DNA from: Myxococcota bacterium
Lineage (GTDB): Bacteria > Myxococcota > SpSt-1050
Direction of reading: 5' to 3'
NCBI GenBank assembly: GCA_049969675.1
Contig: JBMFOP010000013.1
Span: forward strand, 1 to 41,367
DNA: 41,367 nucleotides
Shown here: one piece after another, positions 27,648-37,492 of the stretch
How positions within the stretch are numbered: the stretch's first letter is position 1
How the letters are laid out: each line of letters begins with the position of its first letter
The notes under the pieces: model-generated
Seen by the model: only the letters and a program-made list of their open reading frames with translations
Told to the model about the DNA's origin: nothing
Database searches by the model: none
Program-made: the position numbers and the translations under genes

Positions 27648-28333
27648 CGCCTTATATCTTCCTCTATTCTACCATCTCTGAGACGAATCACCCGGGGCAT
27701 TGACTTTGAAAATTCATCATTATGAGTTACCAATATCAGAGTGGTTTTATATTTATCACTTGCCTTAAGTAGCATATCAAATACGATATTCCCTGTTTTG
27801 GTATCCAGATTCCCTGTCGGTTCATCGGCAAGTAAGAGTTCGGGCTTCATTATTAATGCCCTTGCAATCGCCACCCGCTGCTGTTCGCCACCAGAGAGCT
27901 CTGACGGTTTATGCTCAAATCTCTCACCAAGCCCGAGCTCTGAGAGTAACAGGCGAGCCATATCCTCTGCCTCTCCCCTTGAAACCCCACCTACGAGGGC
28001 TGGCAGAATAACATTTTCAACTGCTGTAAAATCAGGTAACAGGTGATGAAATTGAAACACAAAACCTATCTTTCTGTTTCTAAATTCCGAGAGCTCATTA
28101 TCATTTAATGAAAATATATCCTTTGAATCATAGGTGATACTTCCCTCCGTAGGTCTCTCAACCGTCCCCAATATATGCAGGAATGTGCTCTTGCCGGCAC
28201 CGGAGGCACCCATAATACATAAGAGCTCGCCCTTCTTTATATCCAGATCTATCCCATTTAGCGCCTGAACAGACCTGGTGCCTATATAGAATGTCTTCTT
28301 AATATCCCTTATAATGATATCGGCATCACTCAT
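27644..28333 (-). CDS. lolD: Lipoprotein-releasing ABC transporter ATPase
   Basis: GASGAGKST, GFVFQFHHLL, LSGGEQQR, ADEPTGNLD; follows lolC/E. Confidence 0.92.
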   Translation of the reverse strand: MSDADIIIRDIKKTFYIGTRSVQALNGIDLDIKKGELLCIMGASGAGKSTFLHILGTVERPTEGSITYDSKDIFSLNDNELSEFRNRKIGFVFQFHHLLPDFTAVENVILPALVGGVSRGEAEDMARLLLSELGLGERFEHKPSELSGGEQQRVAIARALIMKPELLLADEPTGNLDTKTGNIVFDMLLKASDKYKTTLILVTHNDEFSKSMPRVIRLRDGRIEEDIRR

Positions 28334-29594
28334 ATCTGAGTCCCTCGGTAGGTCTCAACTTTGCAGCAGATATTGCAGGATAGATCGTTGCAACAAACGA
28401 AATAAAAATCGCAGCAATAGCCACAGTGATAAATTCGATGGGATTAATCAGGACCGGGAGGGTGGTTATATAATATACCTCCGGGTCAAGCTGAAAATGA
28501 TATGCAGAGAGCAATTTACAGAAGATATATCCCGCAATCTCACCAGATACTGTTCCAAATACACCTATAATTAACCCCTCGGTGATAAATATCCTCACCA
28601 CCGAGCTATTCTTAACCCCAAATGTCTTGAGTATGGCTATCTCCTTTGCTCTTTCTATAACAACCATAATCAAAGTGCTAATGATATTAAATGAGGCTAC
28701 GAGCACAATAAATGCAAGTATTATAAACATAACTATCTTTTCAAGCCTTATAGCAGAGAAGAGGTTCCTGTTCATCTCCATCCAGTTTCTGACCTTATAT
28801 GGATATCCGCCTATCTTCTCCTTTATTGCCTCTCCAAGTTCAACAGTTTTATTAATATCCTTAACGGTTATTTCAACCCCTGTAACATTCTCCATCAGCC
28901 CAAAGAACTTCTGCGACTCCTTCAGATGCACATATACAAATTTCTGGTCAAATTCATACATCCCCGAGTAGAAGATACCCACAATCTTGAACTTTCTGGA
29001 TTTAGGCATCGGCCCAAAAGGGGATAGTTCTCCCAGAGGAGAGAATAGAGTGACCACATCTCCTACATTCAGATGAAGAATCTTATTAAGCTCTCTTCCT
29101 ATTATGATACCAGGGAGATTATCTCTTCCACCAACGAGATTTGTCTGCGAACGTAAAACGACTTTCTCTGGATTATTCAGGTTTGTAAGCTCACCTTCCT
29201 CAATATTCTTCCCTATATCCATAACCTTGGTCGCCTCTTCTGGGATTATACCTTTTATTATAACACCTGATAGATTTGTATCAGAGGAGATCATCCCCTC
29301 AGATAGGACAAATGGAGCCGCTCCTCTAATACCATTGATAGATTCAACCTTTGAGATTATATCTCTATATTCGCTGAAGTTCTGACCAAATTTGATTACT
29401 ATGAGGTGTGCATTTGCCCCGAGGATGCGGCTCTTCAAGTCATTCTCAAACCCGCTCATTACTGATAAAACCACACACATGGTGGCTACACCTATTATGA
29501 TTCCCAGAACTGCGATGACAGTTATTATAGATAAGAAGGCAGACCTCTTCTTTGACCTCAAATGACGAATGGCAATTATGGTCTCAAATCTCAA
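28326..29594 (-). CDS. lolE: Lipoprotein-releasing ABC transporter permease LolC/E
   Basis: VLSVMSGFE, FYSGMYEFD, WMEMNRNLFSAIRLEK, ATIYPA; TTG start overlapping the lysS stop. Confidence 0.92.
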   Translation of the reverse strand: MRFETIIAIRHLRSKKRSAFLSIITVIAVLGIIIGVATMCVVLSVMSGFENDLKSRILGANAHLIVIKFGQNFSEYRDIISKVESINGIRGAAPFVLSEGMISSDTNLSGVIIKGIIPEEATKVMDIGKNIEEGELTNLNNPEKVVLRSQTNLVGGRDNLPGIIIGRELNKILHLNVGDVVTLFSPLGELSPFGPMPKSRKFKIVGIFYSGMYEFDQKFVYVHLKESQKFFGLMENVTGVEITVKDINKTVELGEAIKEKIGGYPYKVRNWMEMNRNLFSAIRLEKIVMFIILAFIVLVASFNIISTLIMVVIERAKEIAILKTFGVKNSSVVRIFITEGLIIGVFGTVSGEIAGYIFCKLLSAYHFQLDPEVYYITTLPVLINPIEFITVAIAAIFISFVATIYPAISAAKLRPTEGLRYE

Positions 29595-31090
29595 GATTTA
29601 ACCTCTGGTCGCAGTAAAGGGAATAATATCACATCCCTGATTGAAGGTGAATCTGTCAGGAGCATTACAAGTCTATCAACTCCTATACCCTCTCCAGCCG
29701 TTGGTGGCATACCATATTCAAGGGCATTGATATAATCTTCATCAAATGCCATAGCCTCCTCATCACCTTTTTCCTTTGACTCAAGTTGCATCCTGAAACG
29801 TTCTGCCTGGTCAAATGGGTCGTTCAACTCTGAAAAGGCATTCGCTATCTCTCTACCTGCAATATAGAGTTCAAATCTATCAACAAGTTCCGGGTCAGAA
29901 TCTTTCTTTCTTGAGAGTGGGGAGACCTCAAGCGGGAAATCTAATACGAAGGTAGGCTGTATAAGTCTCTCCTCAAGCATCTCTTCAAAGATAGCCATCA
30001 TCAGATAACCTCTTGTGACAAACTTAGGGATCTCAAGCCCGAGTGATTTTGCCTTTTTAATCAGAGATTCCATATCCTCTATCTCCTCCGGGTTCATCCC
30101 GCATTCATTTGTGAGCGCCTCTTTTATCTTTAGCCTCTTAAATGGAGGTGTAAAATCCAGAATATTCCCCTGATATTTAACCTTATAGCCCCCTGTCACC
30201 CTGAGTGCAATATCTGACAACATCTTCTCCGTAAAATCCATCAGATCTTCATAAGTCCTGTATGCCCAGTAGAACTCTACCATTGTAAATTCTGGGTTGT
30301 GCTGTGTGGAGATGCCCTCATTTCTAAAATTGCGATTTATCTCATATACCCTCTCAAAGCCACCCACCACCAATCTCTTGAGATAGAGCTCAGGGGCAAT
30401 TCGCATAAACAAATCCATATCAAGCGCATTATGGTGAGTTATAAATGGCTTTGCATTTGCGCCAGATGGGATAGGATGCATCATCGGGGTCTCTACCTCT
30501 ATAAAACCCTCATTATCCAGATGTTCACGGATAAGACTGATTATTCTATTTCTTCTCTTGAATATCTCCTTTACCTCATCATTCATAATGAGGTCCAGAT
30601 ACCTTCTCCTGTATCTCAACTCAATATCTGATAGTCCGTGCCACTTCTCCGGGAGCGGGTGAATACACTTTGAGAGTAATCTAAATCTTCTGACTGCAAT
30701 TGAGAGTTCACCGGTCCTTGTCTTGAAAGGCGAGCCCTCACAGTAGATTATATCTCCAATATCAATTAACTTCTTGAATCTTTCAAAATCTTCGTCTCCT
30801 AAACCCATATCCCCCCGGGCGACAAAGAGCTGAATCCTCCCGGTTGCATCCTTAAAATCCAGAAAATTTACCTTGCCAAATGAACGCCACCCCATTATCC
30901 TGCCAGCAACAGACAAACTCTCTTTACCGATATTTGCCTCAAGTTCTTCTCTGCTCTTATCTCCATACAATCTTCTTATCTCTGCTATATCATTTCTGAC
31001 CTTTACATCATTGGGATAAGTCCTTTCAGTTTTAGATATCTCTTTTAATTTCTCTATTCTCAACCGCTCCTGTTCATTATATCCTTTCAT
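29591..31090 (-). CDS. lysS: Lysyl-tRNA synthetase (class II)
   Basis: PLPEKWHGL, RYRRRYLDL, RIAPELYLKRL, FRNEG, GMPPTAGEGIGVDRL. Confidence 0.98.
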   Translation of the reverse strand: MKGYNEQERLRIEKLKEISKTERTYPNDVKVRNDIAEIRRLYGDKSREELEANIGKESLSVAGRIMGWRSFGKVNFLDFKDATGRIQLFVARGDMGLGDEDFERFKKLIDIGDIIYCEGSPFKTRTGELSIAVRRFRLLSKCIHPLPEKWHGLSDIELRYRRRYLDLIMNDEVKEIFKRRNRIISLIREHLDNEGFIEVETPMMHPIPSGANAKPFITHHNALDMDLFMRIAPELYLKRLVVGGFERVYEINRNFRNEGISTQHNPEFTMVEFYWAYRTYEDLMDFTEKMLSDIALRVTGGYKVKYQGNILDFTPPFKRLKIKEALTNECGMNPEEIEDMESLIKKAKSLGLEIPKFVTRGYLMMAIFEEMLEERLIQPTFVLDFPLEVSPLSRKKDSDPELVDRFELYIAGREIANAFSELNDPFDQAERFRMQLESKEKGDEEAMAFDEDYINALEYGMPPTAGEGIGVDRLVMLLTDSPSIRDVILFPLLRPEVKS

Positions 31091-31223
31091 AACTGCTCCT
31101 TAACCAATACAAAAAGGGTAAGGTAAAATAAATTATGTTTTCAATTAAATCAAGATAAATGACAACCCTATTTGCAAGTCTAAAAAAATCATACCACAGC
31201 GACTAACTTTTATCTTTCAACAC

Positions 31224-31252
31224 TTTACATATTTGAGAAAATTGTATATAAA
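31224..31252 (+). promoter_or_regulatory. Putative sigma70 promoter of the response regulator gene
   Basis: TTTACA-17 bp-TATAAA; SD GAGGT before ATG 31275. Confidence 0.4.
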
Positions 31253-31274
31253 AATCACCAGAGGTTGATAGGGT

Positions 31275-32633
31275 ATGCCAAAAATATTATTTGTGGATGA
31301 TGACTTTGAATTTACCAATATGCTCTCAACTTTCATCTCAATGGAGGGGTATGAGGCAGATTCTTCCAATTCTCCAAAGAATGCCCTGAATTTGATAAAG
31401 AATAGAGATTTTGATTTTGTGATTACAGACATAAGGATGCCAGAGATGGATGGGCTCAAATTTTTAGAGGAGTCCCTATCAATCAAACCAGAACTCACGG
31501 TTATAGTGATGTCTGCGTACGGGACATATGAGACGGCTCTTGAGGCGGTAAAGAGAGGGGCTTATGACTATATTGCAAAGCCATTCAGCCCGCAGGAGCT
31601 TCTACTACTCTTAAAGAAGGCTGAAGAGAGAGAGAGGCTCAAAAGGGAGAACAGTCTCTTGAAGATGCAGATCAAAAAGGAGTCTGGTTTAGATAATATA
31701 ATCGGTAATTCAATTCAAATACTGGAACTCAAAGAGAAGATTAAGAAGGCAGCATCTGTGGATGTAACTGTCCTGATTCAGGGTGAGTCCGGAACAGGTA
31801 AGGAGCTGGTTGCACGCGCAATACACGGACTCAGCAAAAGGTCAGATAAACCTATGATAACAGTCAATTGTGCAGCCATCCCGGAGAATCTCATTGAGAG
31901 TGAGCTATTCGGACACTGCCGCGGGGCTTTTACAGATGCACACGCTGACAAGGCTGGTCTATTTGAAGAGGCAAACGGTTCTACCCTGTTTCTGGATGAG
32001 ATAGGTGAACTGCCACTCAATCTACAGACAAAACTCTTACGTGCCATTGAGACAAAGGAGATAAAAAGAATAGGTGAGACCAGAGATAGGAAGGTAGATG
32101 CGAGGATTATTGCCGCAACCTCAAGAAATCTCCTGGAGGATGTCAAAAGTGGTAGATTCAGAGAGGATTTATACTACAGAATCAATGTCTTTACTATTTA
32201 CATACCTCCGCTAAGGGATAGAAAGGAGGATATCCCGATTCTTATAAGATATTTCATAGAGAAATTTGCAAGGAAGCACAATAAAAAGACCCCTGCAATC
32301 GCAGAGGATGTAATTGAACAATTAATGAGATTCAGATGGGATGGAAATATTCGTCAGATGGAGAATGCGGCTGAGAGCGCAATTATTCTCTGTGATTCGG
32401 ATACACTATCCACCAATCACTTCCCTCAAATCTCTAATCAAATCAATTATGATATGGAGGCGATTCTCTCTGATGAAGATAGATCCCTTAATAAGGCTGT
32501 CGCAAAGTTTGAAAGAGAGTTTATCATCAATGTACTTAAATCTGTAAATGGGAATCGCACACAGGCAGCCCGATTGATGAACATCAGTTATAGAACACTT
32601 TTATATAAGATGAAGGAGTATGGAATCCAATAA
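31275..32633 (+). CDS. Sigma54-dependent (NtrC/AtoC-type) response regulator
   Basis: Receiver domain (VDDD, TDIRMP), AAA+ domain (GESGTGKE, GAFTDA, FLDEIGE, FREDLYYR) and Fis-type HTH. Confidence 0.95.
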   Translation: MPKILFVDDDFEFTNMLSTFISMEGYEADSSNSPKNALNLIKNRDFDFVITDIRMPEMDGLKFLEESLSIKPELTVIVMSAYGTYETALEAVKRGAYDYIAKPFSPQELLLLLKKAEERERLKRENSLLKMQIKKESGLDNIIGNSIQILELKEKIKKAASVDVTVLIQGESGTGKELVARAIHGLSKRSDKPMITVNCAAIPENLIESELFGHCRGAFTDAHADKAGLFEEANGSTLFLDEIGELPLNLQTKLLRAIETKEIKRIGETRDRKVDARIIAATSRNLLEDVKSGRFREDLYYRINVFTIYIPPLRDRKEDIPILIRYFIEKFARKHNKKTPAIAEDVIEQLMRFRWDGNIRQMENAAESAIILCDSDTLSTNHFPQISNQINYDMEAILSDEDRSLNKAVAKFEREFIINVLKSVNGNRTQAARLMNISYRTLLYKMKEYGIQ

Positions 32634-32656
32634 ACACTTTTGAAAGGAGTTATAAG

Positions 32657-33835
32657 ATGAAGAAGGTAGTAATTGTAAGTGCAGTAAGAACAGCCATCGG
32701 TTCATTCGGAGGGATGTTTAAGGATATCTCAGCAATGGAACTTGGTGTAATCGCTGCTCAGGAGGCAATTAAAAGGGCACATATAGAGAAGAGCGAAATT
32801 CAGGATGTAATAGTTGGACACTGCTTTATGAGGACAGATGAGATAAATATAGCGAGATGTATCTCTCTTAAGGCTGGGATCCCATTTACCACACCGGCCG
32901 TGACGATTCAGAGGCAGTGTTCCTCCAGTATGCAGGCACTGATATTTGGGGCACAGCAAATTATGACAGAGGAGAACGACACAGTGCTTGTGGGCGGAGT
33001 GGAGAATATGAGCCGCATCCCCTATGTGCTCAAGACCGCAAGATGGGGAACAAGATTAAAACACGCTGAACTTACTGATATGTTGTGGGAAGGATTGACT
33101 GACCCACTAACGGGAGAGATTATGGGTATTACAGCGGAGAATCTGGCTGAAAAATATAATATCTCAAGAGAGGAGCAGGATGAGATAGCTCTGTTAAGTC
33201 ATAAAAGGGCAATAGCCGCAATAGATGGTGGCAGATTTAAGGATGAGATAGTTCCGGTTGTTATCAGGAGCAAAAAGGGAGACAGGATAATTGACACAGA
33301 TGAACATCCAAGAAGAGATGTCTCAAAGGAATCTCTTGCAAAACTCTCACCGGCATTTAAAGAGAACGGAACAGTCACCGCTGGAAATGCCTCCGGGATC
33401 AATGATGGGGCTGCATTTGCAGTAATTATGTCTGAGGAGAAGGCAAAGGGGCTTGGTTTAAAACCTCTCGCAGAGATTGTATCTCACGGAGTTGCTGGCG
33501 TTGAACCCGAATTGATGGGATATGGTCCTGTCCCAGCCACACAGAAGGCTCTAAAAAGGGCAGGGCTTACACTCAAAGACATTGATCTCATAGAGTTAAA
33601 TGAGGCATTTGCGGCACAGTACTTAGCCTGTGAAAAACTCTTAGGCCTCAACAGGGAGATAACAAATGTAAATGGTTCCGGGATTGCACTTGGACATCCG
33701 GTCGGCTGTACTGGACTCAGGATAATTGTAAGTCTGATATATGAGATGAAGAAGAGAGATGTAGAGCTCGGACTCGCCACGCTCTGCGTAGGTGGAGGGA
33801 TGGGCAAGGCGGTGATTATAAGGAATATAAAGTAA
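32657..33835 (+). CDS. atoB: Acetyl-CoA C-acetyltransferase (thiolase)
   Basis: QCSSSM catalytic Cys, NASGINDGA, NEAFA, GHPVG, LCVGGGMG. Confidence 0.92.
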   Translation: MKKVVIVSAVRTAIGSFGGMFKDISAMELGVIAAQEAIKRAHIEKSEIQDVIVGHCFMRTDEINIARCISLKAGIPFTTPAVTIQRQCSSSMQALIFGAQQIMTEENDTVLVGGVENMSRIPYVLKTARWGTRLKHAELTDMLWEGLTDPLTGEIMGITAENLAEKYNISREEQDEIALLSHKRAIAAIDGGRFKDEIVPVVIRSKKGDRIIDTDEHPRRDVSKESLAKLSPAFKENGTVTAGNASGINDGAAFAVIMSEEKAKGLGLKPLAEIVSHGVAGVEPELMGYGPVPATQKALKRAGLTLKDIDLIELNEAFAAQYLACEKLLGLNREITNVNGSGIALGHPVGCTGLRIIVSLIYEMKKRDVELGLATLCVGGGMGKAVIIRNIK

Positions 33836-33844
33836 CCCCTCAAA

Positions 33845-35527
33845 ATGCATTTCAACCCCACTATATTTCTCCCGCTCTACTTTACACTTAAGAACTCATA
33901 TTCATCTTTTCTCAAGGGAAGAGATAATATAAAAAACTTATTTTTTCTTCTGCTGGGAGTTGTATTTGTAGTAGGGATATTTTATTTATCAAAGTTCATT
34001 ATTGTAAAGGTCCTCTTAATTGATATCATTGGCGAGTTTGTAGCAAAGAGAATCTTATCTATGCTATTTATGACGATCTTCTTTATGGTCTTTTTCTCAG
34101 CAATCATCACCTCGCTGACCTCATTCTATACCGCGGAAGACCTTAATATAGTTATCTCTCTGCCAGTAGGATTTGAATCAATATTCTACTCCCGCTTTCT
34201 AAAGTCCTTTATCAACTCCTCCTGGATGCCACTTGGATTTGTATTGCCAGTAGTTGCAGGATTTGGTTCTGCAATAAATGGAAATACAATAATTTATATC
34301 CTTTCATTTTTTATCCTCATATTTTTCTTCACAATCCCGGTCTCACTCGGCTCAATATTTATTACGATTATAGTAAGACTCTTCCCCGCCACCCGAATCA
34401 AGGAGATCTTAATCATCATAGGTATTATTGCATTCTCCCTCTTATACATCTGGTTTAGGCTATTTCAACCGGAGAGATTTCTAAATCCAGAAGGACTCTC
34501 CACAATGATAGAATTCGTTGTCAAATTTGATGTGCCGGGCTCCATACTCATACCTTCCACATGGGTTACAGAGATTATTTTTGACTATCTTAAAGGGAAT
34601 TCCCCAAACCTCATCTTGCTATTCTCTCTCGTCTCCACCTCAATAGCACTGATATTAGTTGCATCGCTATTTATAGACCGATTATATCTGGATGCATTCT
34701 CAAAGACATCCGAGGGGAAGAAGAGCGGTACTTTTAAGAGTAGATCTATTGACCTCCTAATTAAGATAGCTCCATTTGACAGACTCTCAAAGGTGATAAT
34801 GTATAAAGATAGTCTTGAATTTATAAGACAGCCATCTCAATGGTCACAACTCATTCTACTATTTGCCCTCCTCGTGGTCTATATATATAATTTCAAATAT
34901 TTTAAAAACATTGAACTGACTGGATTGATATCCCAGTGGGGATTATACTTTCTAAATATGGGACTCTGCGGTTTTGTAATTGCGGCACTCGGAGTGAGAT
35001 TTGTCTTTCCAGCCATTTCACTTGAGAGACATTCATTTTATCTTTACAGGGCATCTCCGATTTTGATGAAGAGATTTATCTATTCAAAATTCATTATATA
35101 TACAATCCCACTTACTCTTGCAAGCGTGATGGTGACTATCATCAGTAATCTTATATTGAAGTCCAACATAGAATATTTTCTAATCTCAACAACAATGTCC
35201 TTATTGATAGCAATCACTGTATCCGGACTTGGTATCTCCATCGGGGCAATCTACCCAAATTTCAAGGAGACAGATGTGGCATCCATTCCGGCATCCGCTG
35301 GCGGAGTAATTTATATGATTATCTCAATGACATCTGTTCTCCTCCTCATCGCCCTTACTATCTGGCCTACATCTTTTATTAGATTCCCCTCGTATGCTGA
35401 AAAGATGGGGGCTAAGATGTATCTCATCATAGGACTCCACATATTGGCTATAATTGCAATTCTTATCTTTTCTACCGTATTTCTCTTAAACTACGCAGCG
35501 AAAAGGATTGAAGATTATGAGCAGTAA
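33845..35527 (+). CDS. Putative ABC-2-type transporter permease (multi-pass membrane protein)
   Basis: Many TM segments; EDLNIVISLPV, PERF, QWSQL, RFVFPAISLE motifs; no cognate ATPase adjacent. Confidence 0.75.
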   Translation: MHFNPTIFLPLYFTLKNSYSSFLKGRDNIKNLFFLLLGVVFVVGIFYLSKFIIVKVLLIDIIGEFVAKRILSMLFMTIFFMVFFSAIITSLTSFYTAEDLNIVISLPVGFESIFYSRFLKSFINSSWMPLGFVLPVVAGFGSAINGNTIIYILSFFILIFFFTIPVSLGSIFITIIVRLFPATRIKEILIIIGIIAFSLLYIWFRLFQPERFLNPEGLSTMIEFVVKFDVPGSILIPSTWVTEIIFDYLKGNSPNLILLFSLVSTSIALILVASLFIDRLYLDAFSKTSEGKKSGTFKSRSIDLLIKIAPFDRLSKVIMYKDSLEFIRQPSQWSQLILLFALLVVYIYNFKYFKNIELTGLISQWGLYFLNMGLCGFVIAALGVRFVFPAISLERHSFYLYRASPILMKRFIYSKFIIYTIPLTLASVMVTIISNLILKSNIEYFLISTTMSLLIAITVSGLGISIGAIYPNFKETDVASIPASAGGVIYMIISMTSVLLLIALTIWPTSFIRFPSYAEKMGAKMYLIIGLHILAIIAILIFSTVFLLNYAAKRIEDYEQ

Positions 35528-36404
35528 GATCCTTCTAATAGGTGGCAGCGGACTCGTTGGGACATTTCTTGCAAAGAGATTCAAATCCAATGGGGATTAT
35601 ATCGGCATAATCGCACGGAGAATAAATAATAGAGATTTTGACGAACATATTGAGGCAGATACTACAAGAAAGGGGAGATGGCTTAAGAGAATTGGTAATT
35701 ATGAGATTATTATAAATCTGGCTGGTGCAACAATCGGAAAGAGATGGAGTAAGAGATATAAAAGAGAGATTTACGATAGTAGAATCTTAACAACTCGGAA
35801 CATTGTAGAAACCCTTTCTAAGGGACAGATCCTGTTTTCAACCTCTGCAACCGGATATTATGGAGATTGCAAGGATAAGATTCTAACCGAGAAAGATACA
35901 TCTCAATCAGATTTTCTCTCTATGGTATGTAAAGATTGGGAGGGTGAGGCAATAAAGGCAACAGATAGAGGAACAAAGGTATATATTATGAGATTTGGAG
36001 TAGTTGCCGCAAAGGATGGAGGGGCATTTATAAGACTTATCAAAAATCATAGATTACTTTTAGGCTCTGTAATAAATGGTGGTGATCAGTACTTTTCATC
36101 AATTCACATTGAGGATATCTATAGAGCCATCACCTATTTAATTGATAAAAGGCCAGATGAGATAATATATAATTTTACAATGCCAGACCCTGTAACCAAT
36201 AGAGAATTGACATATACTATTGCAAAACTCATTAATAGACCAATTATTATCCCGTTTATACCTGCGTTCTTTTTGAGAATAATTCTGGGTGAATTTGCAA
36301 ATACACTTCTCTTCAGTCAACGGGTAATTCCACATAATCTCTCTAAGATTGGATTTGAATTTAAATATAAGACTATTGAAGATACAATTAAAAATATTGT
36401 TTAG
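35517..36404 (+). CDS. TIGR01777-family NAD-dependent epimerase/oxidoreductase
   Basis: GGSGLVG, INLAG, SATGYYG, FLSMVCKDWE, SQRVIP; ATG 35517 overlaps the end of the upstream gene. Confidence 0.9.
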   Translation: MSSKILLIGGSGLVGTFLAKRFKSNGDYIGIIARRINNRDFDEHIEADTTRKGRWLKRIGNYEIIINLAGATIGKRWSKRYKREIYDSRILTTRNIVETLSKGQILFSTSATGYYGDCKDKILTEKDTSQSDFLSMVCKDWEGEAIKATDRGTKVYIMRFGVVAAKDGGAFIRLIKNHRLLLGSVINGGDQYFSSIHIEDIYRAITYLIDKRPDEIIYNFTMPDPVTNRELTYTIAKLINRPIIIPFIPAFFLRIILGEFANTLLFSQRVIPHNLSKIGFEFKYKTIEDTIKNIV

Positions 36405-36500
36405 AGCAAAAACATTGACTTATCTGTAAAAGATTATTTCTCATTATCAATTCCATTATCTTCCTTATCTACCATTTTTTACAGCGAATGTGGTTTATGA

Positions 36501-36552
36501 ACTATGGACTACGGACTATTGAATATGGACTATTGACCGTGGACTATGCACT
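36501..36552 (+). repeat. Heptamer tandem repeat (ACTATGG)x7, degenerate
   Basis: actatgg actacgg actattg aatatgg actattg accgtgg actatgc act. Confidence 0.85.
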
Positions 36553-36617
36553 TTGATCTCTATAATTTTGTTGTCTTTATCCATCTTTTGTTCTACCTAT
36601 CTTGATATGGAGATTTT

Positions 36618-37382
36618 ATGTGGATGAATCTATTCAATCAGTCAGATGTAGATGAGGTAGCAAGGAAAATTTTGCAGAAGAAGGAGATAGTCGTCCTGAC
36701 AGGTGCAGGTGTTTCCACAGAGAGTGGAATTCCAGACTTCAGGTCCAGAGACGGTATCTGGAACAGATATGATTTTACAGAGTATGCCACCATTGATGCA
36801 CTACTCAAGAATCCAATAAAGGTATTTGGTTTCTTCAAGGAGTTTATTGACCCACTTATAAATGCTACCCCAAATCGGGCGCATATTGCACTCGCACGGC
36901 TTGAAGAGGCAGGTATTGTAAAGGCTGTTATCACTCAGAATATTGATAATCTGCATCAGAAGGCGGGAAGTAAGAAGGTGGTAGAACTGCACGGAAATGC
37001 CCTTAATGCGAGGTGTATGGGCTGCAGAAAGAGGTATACACTTGAGGACATTGAATCAAAACGATACGGCTATCCACCAGTATGCCCCGGATGTAAGAGC
37101 CTTATTAAACCTGATGTAATCTTATTCGGGGAGATGCTCCCTGAAAGTGAGCTCAAAGAGGCATACCAGCTCTCCATAGGTGCCAAACTTATGCTTGTAA
37201 TAGGGACCTCTGGAACAGTTGCACCAGCCAGCGGACTACCACAACTTGCAAAAAATTCAGGTGCCGACATAGTAGAGATAAATTTAGAGCCTACAATAAT
37301 AACCAAAAGTATAACAGATTACTTCTTACAGGGGAGGGCTGGTGATATTATGAGCCAGTTATTGGATAAGATAATCGGTTAA
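36618..37382 (+). CDS. cobB: NAD-dependent protein deacylase (sirtuin)
   Basis: GAGVSTESGIPDFR, TQNIDNLH, ELHG, two CxxC, GTSGTV, IN.EPT. Confidence 0.93.
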   Translation: MWMNLFNQSDVDEVARKILQKKEIVVLTGAGVSTESGIPDFRSRDGIWNRYDFTEYATIDALLKNPIKVFGFFKEFIDPLINATPNRAHIALARLEEAGIVKAVITQNIDNLHQKAGSKKVVELHGNALNARCMGCRKRYTLEDIESKRYGYPPVCPGCKSLIKPDVILFGEMLPESELKEAYQLSIGAKLMLVIGTSGTVAPASGLPQLAKNSGADIVEINLEPTIITKSITDYFLQGRAGDIMSQLLDKIIG

Positions 37383-37492
37383 TGCCCCAAATAAATAATA
37401 TCCTCTTTCGCATAAAATATTTGTTTGATAAAATAATCTTACCCTTCTGAGGCTTTGATACCAAATTTGTTCTGGAGAGATGTAGTTTGAAT

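Noticed and set aside
33484..33861. Antisense ORFs within the thiolase (similar ones occur in ptsI, lolC/E, lolD and the response regulator)
   Set aside because: Typical antisense shadows of conserved genes with no independent coding signals.
36618..37382. Sirtuin as an anti-phage SIR2 (Thoeris/DSR-type) effector
   Set aside because: It is a canonical Zn-binding CobB-type deacylase of normal length with no defence partners.
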